From positions 224,001 to 288,000 of the forward strand of contig CAVVUN010000001.1 in NCBI GenBank assembly GCA_963751455.1: a DNA stretch of 64,000 bases, read 5' to 3'. The DNA is from Nitrospirota bacterium (lineage in GTDB: Bacteria > Nitrospirota > UBA9217). The first letter of the stretch is position 1. Each line of letters opens with the position of its first letter. The notes beneath the pieces are model-generated. The model was not told the origin of the DNA and did no database searches. It worked only from the letters and a program-made list of their open reading frames with translations. The position numbers were made by a program, and so were the translations under genes. Of this stretch, positions 31,392-40,660 are shown piece by piece.

Positions 31392-32633
31392 TTAATAAGA
31401 ATAAGACGACGACAGGCTGATGGTCCATCCGAAAATAGATGCATCCTGCGCATTGGTGCTTCCCGTAATCTGGGATTTACCATCGCCGCTGATGAGACCG
31501 CCTCCGAAGGTGACCGATGTATTACGGGTAAAATGACTGATACTCAGGCTTCCGCCGTAAACGTCGATGTGCTCTTCAATGGCGGTCACGCCTGGCTGAA
31601 TATCGGGTGTATTTGCCATATTGGTATAGACGCCGCCGCGGAGCGCCCAATTTTTGCTGAGATAGTATTCAGTTCCGAGAGCCACATTAAGGACTGGTTC
31701 CTTGTTTCCGAATATCGGGTCAGTTACTGACGTGTAGTATGTTAAATCACCTGATATGAGAAGACTGCCTGAGGCGAAATATGCTGCGCCGAGCGCCAGC
31801 CGTGTCGGATATTTTCTTTCGGTGTTGTCTCTGATGTCCGGGAAACGCAGCAGATTACTATTGGGGCAGTTAGCCCCAATTCCTGTCGGGTCGGAACAGG
31901 TGTTCTGGTCGGTAGCTTTGGAGCTCGTCACGTAGGTCTTTGAAGCGGAGAAGCCGAGAGATAATTTCTGAAAGGGGGCCCAAATGAGACCGATGACAGG
32001 ACGAACGCCCCATTCATTTAATTCGAAATATTTATTTAACCATTCATCGCCGCCGGTGGATGTAATTACAATTTGATTAAGAATAAACTGGGCCTTTCGC
32101 TTATGCACATAGAGGGTGACCCCGGCTGATAAATCCTTGGCGATTTCCGCACCTAAGGAAGGACCGAAATTGAAAGTGTTGTCCTCGTTATTAAAGTTGA
32201 TAATATAGCGCGATATGGTGCTGGACAGATTATAAAAAGATTGGTCCTGATCTTCATTTATACTGTCCGGGACCGCGTAGGAAAAACCGAATTTAAACTT
32301 GCCCAGGGGTTGGACTATGCCGAAATAATTCGGCAGGAGGGCCGATGAATTTCTCTCCCAATCATAACCGCTGATAGCGCCTTTATAGGTCTTGGTCACG
32401 TTGTAATAGGCGTTTACGCTGGCAGACAAGTTTTTCCCGCTTGAATACACAATTCCGCCTGGATTGTAGTAGAGCCCTGTTGCATCGTCGGAAATTGCGG
32501 TATAAGCGCCTCCCATCCCCGACGCTCGGTCTCCGATCAGCGCGTTATTATAATGGAACTCATCGGCACTCGCGATACCGCACATGGTCAAAATAAAGGC
32601 AAACCCCGAAATAAGGCGCTTCACGCTTTTCAT
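31392..32633 (-). CDS. Outer-membrane beta-barrel, FadL/OmpP1/PorV-like
   Basis: Signal peptide, GDRASGMGGAYTAISDDATGLYYNPGG signature, amphipathic strands, aromatic C-terminus. Confidence 0.8.
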   Translation of the reverse strand: MKSVKRLISGFAFILTMCGIASADEFHYNNALIGDRASGMGGAYTAISDDATGLYYNPGGIVYSSGKNLSASVNAYYNVTKTYKGAISGYDWERNSSALLPNYFGIVQPLGKFKFGFSYAVPDSINEDQDQSFYNLSSTISRYIINFNNEDNTFNFGPSLGAEIAKDLSAGVTLYVHKRKAQFILNQIVITSTGGDEWLNKYFELNEWGVRPVIGLIWAPFQKLSLGFSASKTYVTSSKATDQNTCSDPTGIGANCPNSNLLRFPDIRDNTERKYPTRLALGAAYFASGSLLISGDLTYYTSVTDPIFGNKEPVLNVALGTEYYLSKNWALRGGVYTNMANTPDIQPGVTAIEEHIDVYGGSLSISHFTRNTSVTFGGGLISGDGKSQITGSTNAQDASIFGWTISLSSSYSY

Positions 32634-32685
32634 TCCATCCCCCGAGCTTAACTTTAACGTTAAATAACCTTCACATACATAAATG

Positions 32686-33525
32686 TTATTTCAGATTTTT
32701 AATCTCTGCAGCAAAGCGTTTCTTGTTCGTTTTCATGCCGGCCCCGTCTATGCCTTCGCCGCTCATCGTGTTCCTGATCAAAGCCGTCCTTGTATCGAAT
32801 GCCGGATGCGTTCTGTCGATAATTTCTGTGGCCTTGCCCTTGATGGCGCCAATCCTTTCAAGGTACCGTGCCAGTCCGCCTGAATCATAACCGGTCAGGG
32901 CCGTGATGATCACAGAAACTTTATCGGCCTGAACCTCGTCCTCTCTCTTATATCCTTCAAGGAAAAGCATGCCGAGGGCCTTGTCGACAGCCTGCGAAAA
33001 AGCAAGCCTCGCGGATTCAGAGCTGCCGCCAACCAGCCTGGCAAGACCTGACGTGGCCGAATCTTCGCTTCCTTTTATGTTCAGTTCTTTTACCACGTGT
33101 TTTTCGGTTACATGGGTGATTTCATGGGCCAGTACGCCGGCAAGTTCCGATTCGTCCTTCATCAACTGCAGGGCGCCCTTGGTGACGAAAATGTACCCGC
33201 CCGGTGCCGCATATGCGTTGATGTCCTCGGTGTCGAGTATCATGAATCGAAACTCCAACTCCGGCCTGCCCGCATTGCGCGTCAGGGAAAGCCCCACGAG
33301 ATTTACATACTTCAGCAGAGAAGTCTCATTATACGCTTTATATCTGCCAAGGATTCTGGCCGCGACTTCTCTGCCGAATTCTATTTCCGCTGTTATATCG
33401 CTCGTGGTTACGACTTCTCCGGATGAAGGCCTCTGCCGCCAGTTTTCGTCCGCGGCCAGCGCCGGCCCAAAGGAAATCAGCATTCCGATCAGAAATAGTA
33501 AAATCGAGAAAATGCCTTTTTTCAT
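32686..33525 (-). CDS. Exported M48-family (BepA-like) metallopeptidase
   Basis: INAYAAPGGYIFVTKG, ELAGVLAHEITH, EVQAD, THP motifs and a signal peptide. Confidence 0.88.
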   Translation of the reverse strand: MKKGIFSILLFLIGMLISFGPALAADENWRQRPSSGEVVTTSDITAEIEFGREVAARILGRYKAYNETSLLKYVNLVGLSLTRNAGRPELEFRFMILDTEDINAYAAPGGYIFVTKGALQLMKDESELAGVLAHEITHVTEKHVVKELNIKGSEDSATSGLARLVGGSSESARLAFSQAVDKALGMLFLEGYKREDEVQADKVSVIITALTGYDSGGLARYLERIGAIKGKATEIIDRTHPAFDTRTALIRNTMSGEGIDGAGMKTNKKRFAAEIKNLK

Positions 33526-34010
33526 TACCTGCCCCCCTCGATGAACCTGGTCACTTCATCACTCGTGAAAGTTACAGTCTCCATCTTTTCCACAGCGGCA
33601 TAATTCACTTCTTCTTCGGTGCTCAACCGTTTGCGATCTTCGTGGGTGAGGCCCCTGGCCGCGGCTGCGCTGGTATACGTAGAGGCCCGCCGCCGGACGC
33701 CCTGGTTTATTTCAGAATCACTTGCCTTGATCATGGAGGTTTTCTGCAGCGGCGGCTGCGACGAAACCAGCAGGCCGGCTACATATCCCTGCATGCCGCC
33801 ATAGGTTACCTTGATCCAGGTGCCTGTTTTCACTGAAGCACTCAATTTGAAACCCTTGCCGATTTCCGCGATAACCTTCGACTTGAAGGATGGCTCGGAC
33901 ATCACTTTTGCCTTCATGCTCTGCACGTAGTAAATTTCATCCGCCTGAGCAATTGAAACGGTAAGGACCATTACGAATGCAGCAAGAATGAATAAACTTT
34001 TTTTCATCAT
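33525..34010 (-). CDS. Exported SH3b-domain protein
   Basis: Signal peptide, EPSFKSKVI…WIKVTYGGMQGYV SH3-like motif, C-terminal SAAAARGL. Stop overlaps the M48 start. Confidence 0.72.
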   Translation of the reverse strand: MMKKSLFILAAFVMVLTVSIAQADEIYYVQSMKAKVMSEPSFKSKVIAEIGKGFKLSASVKTGTWIKVTYGGMQGYVAGLLVSSQPPLQKTSMIKASDSEINQGVRRRASTYTSAAAARGLTHEDRKRLSTEEEVNYAAVEKMETVTFTSDEVTRFIEGGR

Positions 34011-34025
34011 GCACCTCCTGTTTCA

Positions 34026-34104
34026 GTTTGTAAAGTTTCTTTGGTTTCTTTGTTCGTTCGGTTTAAACCAAACAACCAGATGAACCAGACAAACCAGATA
34101 AACC
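34026..34104. repeat. Palindromic array of 9-bp units (GTTTCTTTG / AACCAGAYR family)
   Basis: GTTTCTTTG x2 … centre GGTTTAAACC … AACCAGATG AACCAGACA AACCAGATA AACC. Confidence 0.7.
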
Positions 34105-34107
34105 GCA

Positions 34108-36036
34108 TTATTCCAGCGTATAGATCGTCACCGGCTGTTCCCTGCCTTTTACTTTCACGTTCCCGATAAGTTTGCAGTCGAACTTGTCCTTTACCTTTTC
34201 ATATGTATATTCGGAGAAGATCAGAGGACTTTTATATTCCTTCGTTATGCTTTCGAGCCGCGACGCAAGATTTACCGTATCGCCCACCACCGTGTAGTTC
34301 TTCTTTTTTTCGGATCCGATTTCACCGATCGTCGCAACGCCGGTATTTATGCCGATGCCGATCTTGACTTCCAGTTCGAACCCCCGCTCCTTAAGAGTTC
34401 TGTTTACATCTTTGAGAGCGGCCAGCATTTCCCGGCCTGCCAGGACGGCCTGTTCGGGATGATTGTCCGTCTTTACCGGCGCGCCCCAGAAAGCCATGAT
34501 CGCATCGCCTATATATTTATCGATAGTCCCGTTATGTTTCAGGATGATATCGGCCATAGCGGAAAAATGAACATTCAGCATTTCAACGATCTTTTCAGGA
34601 GGCGTCGTCTCAGACATGGTAGTAAAACCTCTGATGTCCGAGAAGAGCACTGTCATATTAATCTTCTGTCCGGCGCTCGATTTCTGGTATTCCTTGTAGT
34701 TATGCAGTACCTCGTGCAGAACGTCCTTGGAAACATATTGGGTGAACAGGTGCGAGACGCGGCGCTTCTCTGCTGCTTCCGTGAAGGTAAGGTAGCCGAA
34801 AGAAAGGAAGCTGCTCGACACGGTTGAAAAAATGAAGGGCACGGCATCCATGATAAGATTCGCTTTAAAAGCAAAGAAGGAGTAACCCACATACGATGCG
34901 AGCATGAAGAGCGGGAAGAAAGCGCGGATTACGAACCGCTTGGTATAGAACACGATCCACGGCGTGAGGCAAGCCCCGATAAATATAGTAAGAAACGTAA
35001 TCCGGCGGTCAGCGGGTTTCAGAAAATCATTCTGGAGATAGTTCCCGGCCAGCGCCACATGGAGAATCACGCCGGGAGTGCTCGATGCGAGCGGCGTCGC
35101 CTTCAAGTCCGACGCCCCTACCGCGCTCGCACCGATAAATACGATGGCGTCCTTGAATTCTTCCGGGTTTACCATGAGGTTTTCGATCTCGCCGTTTCGT
35201 ATCTTCTGCAGTGATGCGAATATCCCGCCTATGGAATACGGCTGCACTTTATCGATGCCCACCATATTGATGAGGTAATTGCCTTTTTCATCAAGGGGAA
35301 GAATGCGGTCATTGATGGCAATTGAATGTTCCCCGATGGAAACCTTCGTCTTTTCATCGATAAACGGCGCTAGCCCAAGCACCGGGTAAAGCCTGCCTTG
35401 ATATTCCCGAAGCGGCCTGGTTCTTCTGAGCACGTTGTCGCTGTCGGGCGTAAACTCGACCACTGCAATGTTTTTTGCCGCAGACCTGACCGCCTCAAGA
35501 GGCAGGGTAAAGTCGTTGTTCTGGCTGTCGCTTTTTACGCCCAAAGAACCTGAAAGAACTTTAATTGCGTTCCGCTCGACAAAATCAACGGGCATCGGCA
35601 GAGCCAGTTGCATGTTGTTTCGCCGCTCATCGTCCGCTGTTTCCCGCTTTATGATCATGCTGTGGTAGACATTCCGGGCAGCCGCCGTGGCTTCAGCAAG
35701 CGCCATGTCGCTCGTTTCATCCGTGCGCTCCGTAAACAGGATATCGAAGAGCACGGCTCGGGGTCCTCCCAAAGAGAGGAATTCAAGAAGATCGGCCCAG
35801 ATAGCGCGCGGCCACGGCCACCGTCCTGCAATAGCCTCCAGCGCCTTGAGCGATGCGTCGTCAACGAGGATTACCTTTATATTGTTTGGAGGAAGTTTAT
35901 CGGACCGGAAGAGCTTGGATTTTACATCATACAGGAACAACTCCGGCTTTTCAAATAAGCCGGGCACATACAAACCAATAGTAATAAGCAGAATTACTAC
36001 GGATACAAGGACCGCGATGATTGATTTTTTTTCCAT
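34108..36036 (-). CDS. CHASE2-domain class III adenylate cyclase
   Basis: CHASE2 motifs (GRWPWPR, FDILFTE, PDSDNVLRR, PGVILH), three TM helices, catalytic VLFSDIRGFT, DKYIGDAIM (Lys indicates ATP specificity), GDTVNLASRLE. Confidence 0.92.
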   Translation of the reverse strand: MEKKSIIAVLVSVVILLITIGLYVPGLFEKPELFLYDVKSKLFRSDKLPPNNIKVILVDDASLKALEAIAGRWPWPRAIWADLLEFLSLGGPRAVLFDILFTERTDETSDMALAEATAAARNVYHSMIIKRETADDERRNNMQLALPMPVDFVERNAIKVLSGSLGVKSDSQNNDFTLPLEAVRSAAKNIAVVEFTPDSDNVLRRTRPLREYQGRLYPVLGLAPFIDEKTKVSIGEHSIAINDRILPLDEKGNYLINMVGIDKVQPYSIGGIFASLQKIRNGEIENLMVNPEEFKDAIVFIGASAVGASDLKATPLASSTPGVILHVALAGNYLQNDFLKPADRRITFLTIFIGACLTPWIVFYTKRFVIRAFFPLFMLASYVGYSFFAFKANLIMDAVPFIFSTVSSSFLSFGYLTFTEAAEKRRVSHLFTQYVSKDVLHEVLHNYKEYQKSSAGQKINMTVLFSDIRGFTTMSETTPPEKIVEMLNVHFSAMADIILKHNGTIDKYIGDAIMAFWGAPVKTDNHPEQAVLAGREMLAALKDVNRTLKERGFELEVKIGIGINTGVATIGEIGSEKKKNYTVVGDTVNLASRLESITKEYKSPLIFSEYTYEKVKDKFDCKLIGNVKVKGREQPVTIYTLE

Positions 36037-36179
36037 AGTGGAAAACGTGCTGTTTACTTGTAGTATTTTCTCTAACAAAAGTATGATATATAATCTAACA
36101 CCAATTTGCAATAATTTCTAGTTTTTTTTAGCCTCGCAACCGAAGAACCGACATCGACTGGATTTATTGTAAGGGAATC

Positions 36180-36220
36180 AAAATCAAAAGGCCAGGTACT
36201 ATTACCCGGCCTTTGATTTT
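36180..36220 (-). terminator. Intrinsic terminator after lpdA
   Basis: AAAATCAAAAGGCC…GGCCTTTGATTTT hairpin. Confidence 0.7.
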
Positions 36221-36246
36221 TGTGCAGGTGTTGTTTAATCATTTTC

Positions 36247-37647
36247 TTACTGTTCGGACTTCAGAACGTGAATAGCGTTTCCATGAACGTCCTCGGCCGC
36301 CTCCATGAGCGCCTCCGAGAGAGTCGGGTGAGCGTGAATCATGCTGCCCAGTTCCCTGGCGGTCGCACCGGCCTTCATGGCAAGCGCCCCTTCGTGGACG
36401 ATGTCCGACGCGTGTGCTCCGCACACATGGACCCCGAGCAGTTTATCGGTTGCGGAATCGGCGATTACCTTCACCATCCCAACGATCTCACCCATTGCAT
36501 GGGCTTTTCCGAGTGCGCGGTACTGAAAACGGCCGATCTTCACCCTGACCCCTTTCTCAAGCGCCTGGTCCTCTCTCAGTCCCACGCTCCCGATTTCCGG
36601 CATGGTAAAGATACCGGCGGGAATAACACTATAATCCATTTTTGCATCGCCTCCGAGAGCGTTCTCAGCGGCAATGAGACCCTGGTGCGATGCAACATGC
36701 GCGAGCATCATTTTCCCGGTTACATCGCCGATCGCGTACACGGTCGGCACATTTGTCTGCATCTTCTCATTAACCGATATCTCGCCTCGTGCGCCCTTGG
36801 CCACGCCGGCTATTTCCAAACCGAGCCCTTCAGAGTTCATACTCCTTCCGATCGAAACAAGGACGCTTTCGGCGTTGATTTGACTGCCGTTGCTGAGCTG
36901 CGCCCTGATCGATCCGTCCCTCTCCTTCTCAAGCCTTTCAACCCGCACTGAAGCGATCAGCTTGATTTTAGCTTTTTTGAATTCACGCTCGATGAGAGAC
37001 GATATTTCGGGGTCTTCCGTGGACAAGGCCCGGGGCATCATTTCAAGAATCGTTACCTGTGAACCGTAGGTTCCGTAAATGAAGGCGAATTCGGAGCCGA
37101 TTACACCTGCGCCGATAATGATCAAACTTGTCGGGATTTTATCAAGGCGCACTGCGTCATCGCTGGTCATTATATCTTTGCCGTCGAAATCAAAGCCGGG
37201 CAGTTTCGCCGGTCTCGACCCTGTGGCGATAATTATTCTATCCGAAGGAATTTCCTCATGTGTTCCGTCCGTCCGCCGCACACCAACCAGGCCGGCTGAA
37301 AGAAGAGAACCGCGTCCGTCGACCAGCGTAATTCCATTGCCCTTGAAGAGAGCTTTGATGCCCTTGACCTGAGTAGAAACCACCTTGTTCATGCGTTCCC
37401 TGATCTTTTCCAGGTTAAAGGAGACATCTCCGCTAAACACCAGCCCGAACTGGGCGCCGCTCCTCGCATGCGTCAGGGCCTGCGCCGACGCAATCAGTGT
37501 TTTGGTCGGGATGCACCCGCGGTTCAGGCAGGTGCCGCCGACCTCGGCGTCTTCGACGACAGTCACCTGAGCTCCCATCTGAGCAGCGCGGATCGCTGCT
37601 ACGTATCCGCCCGGTCCCGCGCCGATGATCGTCAATTTTAGCGGCAT
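36247..37647 (-). CDS. lpdA: Dihydrolipoyl dehydrogenase
   Basis: GAGPGGY, GGTCLNRGCIP redox disulfide, GAGVIG, HAHPTLSE. Confidence 0.96.
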   Translation of the reverse strand: MPLKLTIIGAGPGGYVAAIRAAQMGAQVTVVEDAEVGGTCLNRGCIPTKTLIASAQALTHARSGAQFGLVFSGDVSFNLEKIRERMNKVVSTQVKGIKALFKGNGITLVDGRGSLLSAGLVGVRRTDGTHEEIPSDRIIIATGSRPAKLPGFDFDGKDIMTSDDAVRLDKIPTSLIIIGAGVIGSEFAFIYGTYGSQVTILEMMPRALSTEDPEISSLIEREFKKAKIKLIASVRVERLEKERDGSIRAQLSNGSQINAESVLVSIGRSMNSEGLGLEIAGVAKGARGEISVNEKMQTNVPTVYAIGDVTGKMMLAHVASHQGLIAAENALGGDAKMDYSVIPAGIFTMPEIGSVGLREDQALEKGVRVKIGRFQYRALGKAHAMGEIVGMVKVIADSATDKLLGVHVCGAHASDIVHEGALAMKAGATARELGSMIHAHPTLSEALMEAAEDVHGNAIHVLKSEQ

Positions 37648-37744
37648 ATGTGCACCTCTCTGAAAATCATTTTACTTGCTTTTCTTTGTACAGGGATGAG
37701 GTTTTCATGCGCGAAAGAACGTTAAGGAGAGGGTGAATCTCCAC

Positions 37745-37958
37745 CTAGTGTAGTGTCTCACAAACGACTGGTGTTATCATAGCGCGGCAGTAGGCCGCAG
37801 CCAAACTTGTAGGGCAAGGCTTTAGCCTTGCTGAAAGCGCCGGAACAGCAGCAACCCTAAAGGGTCGCCCTACAAATTCATCAGCAAATATTTATGCGAA
37901 GATAAGTATTCGATGAGAAATCATCATAACACCGTCCATTTAAGAGACACTACACTAG
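37745..37958. mobile_element. MITE with about 36-bp imperfect terminal inverted repeats and CTAG ends
   Basis: Left CTAGTGTAGTGTCTCacaaacgactGGTGTTATcAT; reverse complement of right CTAGTGTAGTGTCTCttaaatggacGGTGTTATgAT. No ORF inside. Confidence 0.8.
37809..37873. repeat. Inverted GTAG-type REP doublet (REPIN-like) inside the MITE
   Basis: GTAGGGCAAGGCTTTAGCCTTGC … GCAACCCTAAAGGGTCGCCCTAC. Confidence 0.75.
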
Positions 37959-38126
37959 GTTGAGCGCCACAACGATAGAGGGTAGATTCCCCCTATTGGA
38001 AAAGAGGTTAGGAGGATTTTTTGACGGCATTGTTCCGTCTAAGTTGTACAGAGCGAAAAAAAAGGAGAGCAATAAACTCTCCCGTTGGGCGCTTTCGTGC
38101 AGACCTTGAGAAGTACAGCCCGCTTC

Positions 38127-38516
38127 CTATTTACCCTCCTCTTCCTTCAGAAACTTCTCATACTCGGCTTTCGTCATGAGGTCGTTCAATTCTGAGGAAT
38201 CGGTCATATCGAGCACAATCAGCCAGCCATTGCCATAGGGATCCTCGTTTATAATTTCAGGAGAGTCGGCAAGGTCTTCATTTACTTCCAGTATCGTACC
38301 GGATATCGGGCTTACTACCGGTGATGTGGCCTTTGTGGATTCTATTTCGCACAGTTCCGAGTCGGCATCGACTTCGGTATCAATTTCGGGCAGGTCCACA
38401 TAGACAATGTCCCCGAGCTGCTGTTGCGCGAAGTCGCTGATTCCAACTGTAGCCTTTCTTCCTTCCGCGCGCACCCACGCATGTTCTCTATGATACTTTA
38501 TATCATCAGGGTTCAT
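38127..38516 (-). CDS. gcvH: Glycine cleavage system H protein (lipoyl carrier)
   Basis: HAWVR…VGISDFAQQQLGDIVYVDLP…IESTKAT (lipoyl Lys)…INEDPYGNGWL. GGAGG RBS before ATG 38516. Confidence 0.92.
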   Translation of the reverse strand: MNPDDIKYHREHAWVRAEGRKATVGISDFAQQQLGDIVYVDLPEIDTEVDADSELCEIESTKATSPVVSPISGTILEVNEDLADSPEIINEDPYGNGWLIVLDMTDSSELNDLMTKAEYEKFLKEEEGK

Positions 38517-38624
38517 GTCTGCCACCTCCGGGAATAGTATATCATGATGAAGAGTGAATTTGTTTTTATCTTAAGCAGTTTATTTTGTCAAGAAAAAAAA
38601 CCGGCAAGAAACCGGTATACCAAT

Positions 38625-38651
38625 AAAAAAGGGATGCATAATCGCATCCCT
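38625..38651 (-). terminator. Intrinsic terminator after rnfB
   Basis: AAAAAAGGGATGC-ATAATC-GCATCCCT. Confidence 0.75.
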
Positions 38652-38697
38652 GGAATGGTAGCACTTATATTGAGGCCGCTGGTCGCGACTGCCGGCG

Positions 38698-39861
38698 TTA
38701 TGCCCCGACCGGCTGATGTTCTTTTTTTTCTTTCTTTCTCACCGCGCCGGCCGGCACAGCGACCATGGTGATCGCTTTTTTCGCGCAGCGCGCTTCACAC
38801 ATCCGGCACCCGATACATTTTCCCTGATTCACGACATGCCCTGCTTTCACGTCTCCGGAAATCGCGCTGACCGGGCATACCTTCTTACAAACATCTATCC
38901 CCGCGCATTTTGCCGGATCGATATATGCTTTGGGACGGACCGGGATGTAATCCCTGATAGCGTTCGTTGGGCATTTTTTAACGCACAGCCCGCACACGAT
39001 GCATTTGGCGTGGTCTATCCGGGCGACATTATTATCCACCTTGATTGCGTCTACCGGACATGTTTTTACGCAGATGCCGCACCCAATACACCCTACCTGG
39101 CACTTCTTCTTCGTATCTACGCCCTTGTCCCTGCTGTGGCAGCTGATTACGACTGCCTTTGACGCCTGCGCCAGTTCTATCACCTGTTTCGGGCAGGCCG
39201 CAACGCATTTTCCGCAGGCAGTGCACTTGTCCGGATCGATGAGCGGCAGCTTGTCGGCGCTCATCGTGATCGCTCCGAAAGGACAGGCCCGCATGCAGGT
39301 CCCGTATCCGAGACAGCCGAACTCGCAGGATTTGTCTCCGCCGGCGGCAAGCACCGCTGCGGTGCAGTCCTGAACGCCGGTATAAATAAATTTCCTCTGA
39401 GTGAGCGAAGTTCCGCCCTGGCAGAATACGCGCGCGATCTTCGGTTCAACCTTCTCGGCTCTTTTGCCGGTGATGTCGGCGATCTTCTCGGCCACGGCCG
39501 ATTTGCCCGGGGCGCACATATTTACCGCAACGTCGGGATTGCCTGCGACCGCCTCGGCATATCCCATGCAGCCCGCAAATCCGCAGGCGCCGCAATTTGC
39601 GCCCGGAAGCGTTTCGCGAACCTTCTCTACCTTCGGATCGACTTTCACGACGAACCTGGCAGCTACAATGGCCAGCGCGATGCCGAAAATGATTCCAAGT
39701 CCCGCAAGCACGACCAGCCCGAATCCTACGTAGTCCCAGGGCACAAACTCGAGCGACTCAGCCGAACCGCCCACGCCTACCTGGGGGACCAGTCTGTTTG
39801 CGAATATGCTCAATGTATCGAAAAATATTTTGATCAGGAGATTGCTTAATTGTTCATACAT
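38698..39861 (-). CDS. rnfB: Rnf complex subunit B (polyferredoxin type)
   Basis: TM anchor, LPGANCGACGFAGC, multiple CxxCxxCxxxCP motifs. Last gene of rnfCDGEAB. Confidence 0.9.
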   Translation of the reverse strand: MYEQLSNLLIKIFFDTLSIFANRLVPQVGVGGSAESLEFVPWDYVGFGLVVLAGLGIIFGIALAIVAARFVVKVDPKVEKVRETLPGANCGACGFAGCMGYAEAVAGNPDVAVNMCAPGKSAVAEKIADITGKRAEKVEPKIARVFCQGGTSLTQRKFIYTGVQDCTAAVLAAGGDKSCEFGCLGYGTCMRACPFGAITMSADKLPLIDPDKCTACGKCVAACPKQVIELAQASKAVVISCHSRDKGVDTKKKCQVGCIGCGICVKTCPVDAIKVDNNVARIDHAKCIVCGLCVKKCPTNAIRDYIPVRPKAYIDPAKCAGIDVCKKVCPVSAISGDVKAGHVVNQGKCIGCRMCEARCAKKAITMVAVPAGAVRKKEKKEHQPVGA

Positions 39862-39943
39862 GGTTTTGTACCTTTATTTACCGCCACCACCGCTTTAACC
39901 GCATATCTTGTTTTCTTCGCGTCTTCGTGGCAGAATTTTATTA

Positions 39944-40528
39944 TTACAGCGTGATCATTCCGGAAAAGCCTAAAAATGCGAGAGCGATCAGCCCGGTCAG
40001 GACGAACGAAATCGGAAGGCCCTGAAACGACTTCGGAACATCCGCCAGCTCCAGTTTTTCCCTGATGCTGGCCATGATAATAAGAGCGAGGCTGAAGCCG
40101 AGCCCGGATCCGGTTGCAAGCGCCATGCTCTCGAACAAACCGTAGTGTTCATCGGCATTGATAAGGGGTACCGCGAGAATGATGCAGTTCGTCACAATCA
40201 GCGCAAGGTAAATCCCGAGTTTATAATACAATGCCGGCGTAACTTTTTTCATGATGGTGTCCGCTGCCTGGACAAAGGCCGCGACCACGCCGATGAAAAT
40301 AACGATTTTCAAGAACCCGAGATGGAGAGGGATCATGATATACTGGTAGATGAACCAGTTCAACGCCGCCCCGATCAACATCACGGCTGTAAAGGTAAAA
40401 CTCATCCCTACCGCGGTCTCCATTTTCTTGGTGACTCCGAAAAAGATACAGAGACCGAGATATCGGGAAAATACGAAATTATTGATGAGCGCAGACGCTA
40501 TGAATATCGTTAAAACTTTTTCCCACAT
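39944..40528 (-). CDS. rnfA: Rnf complex subunit A
   Basis: NNFVFSRYLGLC, YLALIVTNCIIL, IREKLELADVP. Confidence 0.93.
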   Translation of the reverse strand: MWEKVLTIFIASALINNFVFSRYLGLCIFFGVTKKMETAVGMSFTFTAVMLIGAALNWFIYQYIMIPLHLGFLKIVIFIGVVAAFVQAADTIMKKVTPALYYKLGIYLALIVTNCIILAVPLINADEHYGLFESMALATGSGLGFSLALIIMASIREKLELADVPKSFQGLPISFVLTGLIALAFLGFSGMITL

Positions 40529-40552
40529 GAATAACCCTCCGTGCTAAAAAAC

Positions 40553-40645
40553 ATTTCAAATTGCAAAATGCAATTGTAAATTGCATACTGAAATCAGAAG
40601 CCAAATATTTTGAATTTTGCAATTTTCAATTTACAATTTCCAATT
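40553..40645. repeat. Palindromic array of 7-bp units (TGCAAAW / WTTTGCA family) between rnfE and rnfA
   Basis: TTCAAAT TGCAAAA TGCAAT TGTAAAT TGCA … TTTTGAA TTTTGCA ATTTTCA ATTTACA ATTTCCA. Confidence 0.7.
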
Positions 40646-40660
40646 ACGCGTTTCTCAGCG

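Noticed and set aside
36247-39861. Rnf-GcvH-LpdA as one co-transcribed electron-transfer system
   Set aside because: Terminators follow rnfB (38625-38651) and gcvH (about 38057-38083), and a MITE separates gcvH from lpdA. Adjacency alone is weak evidence.
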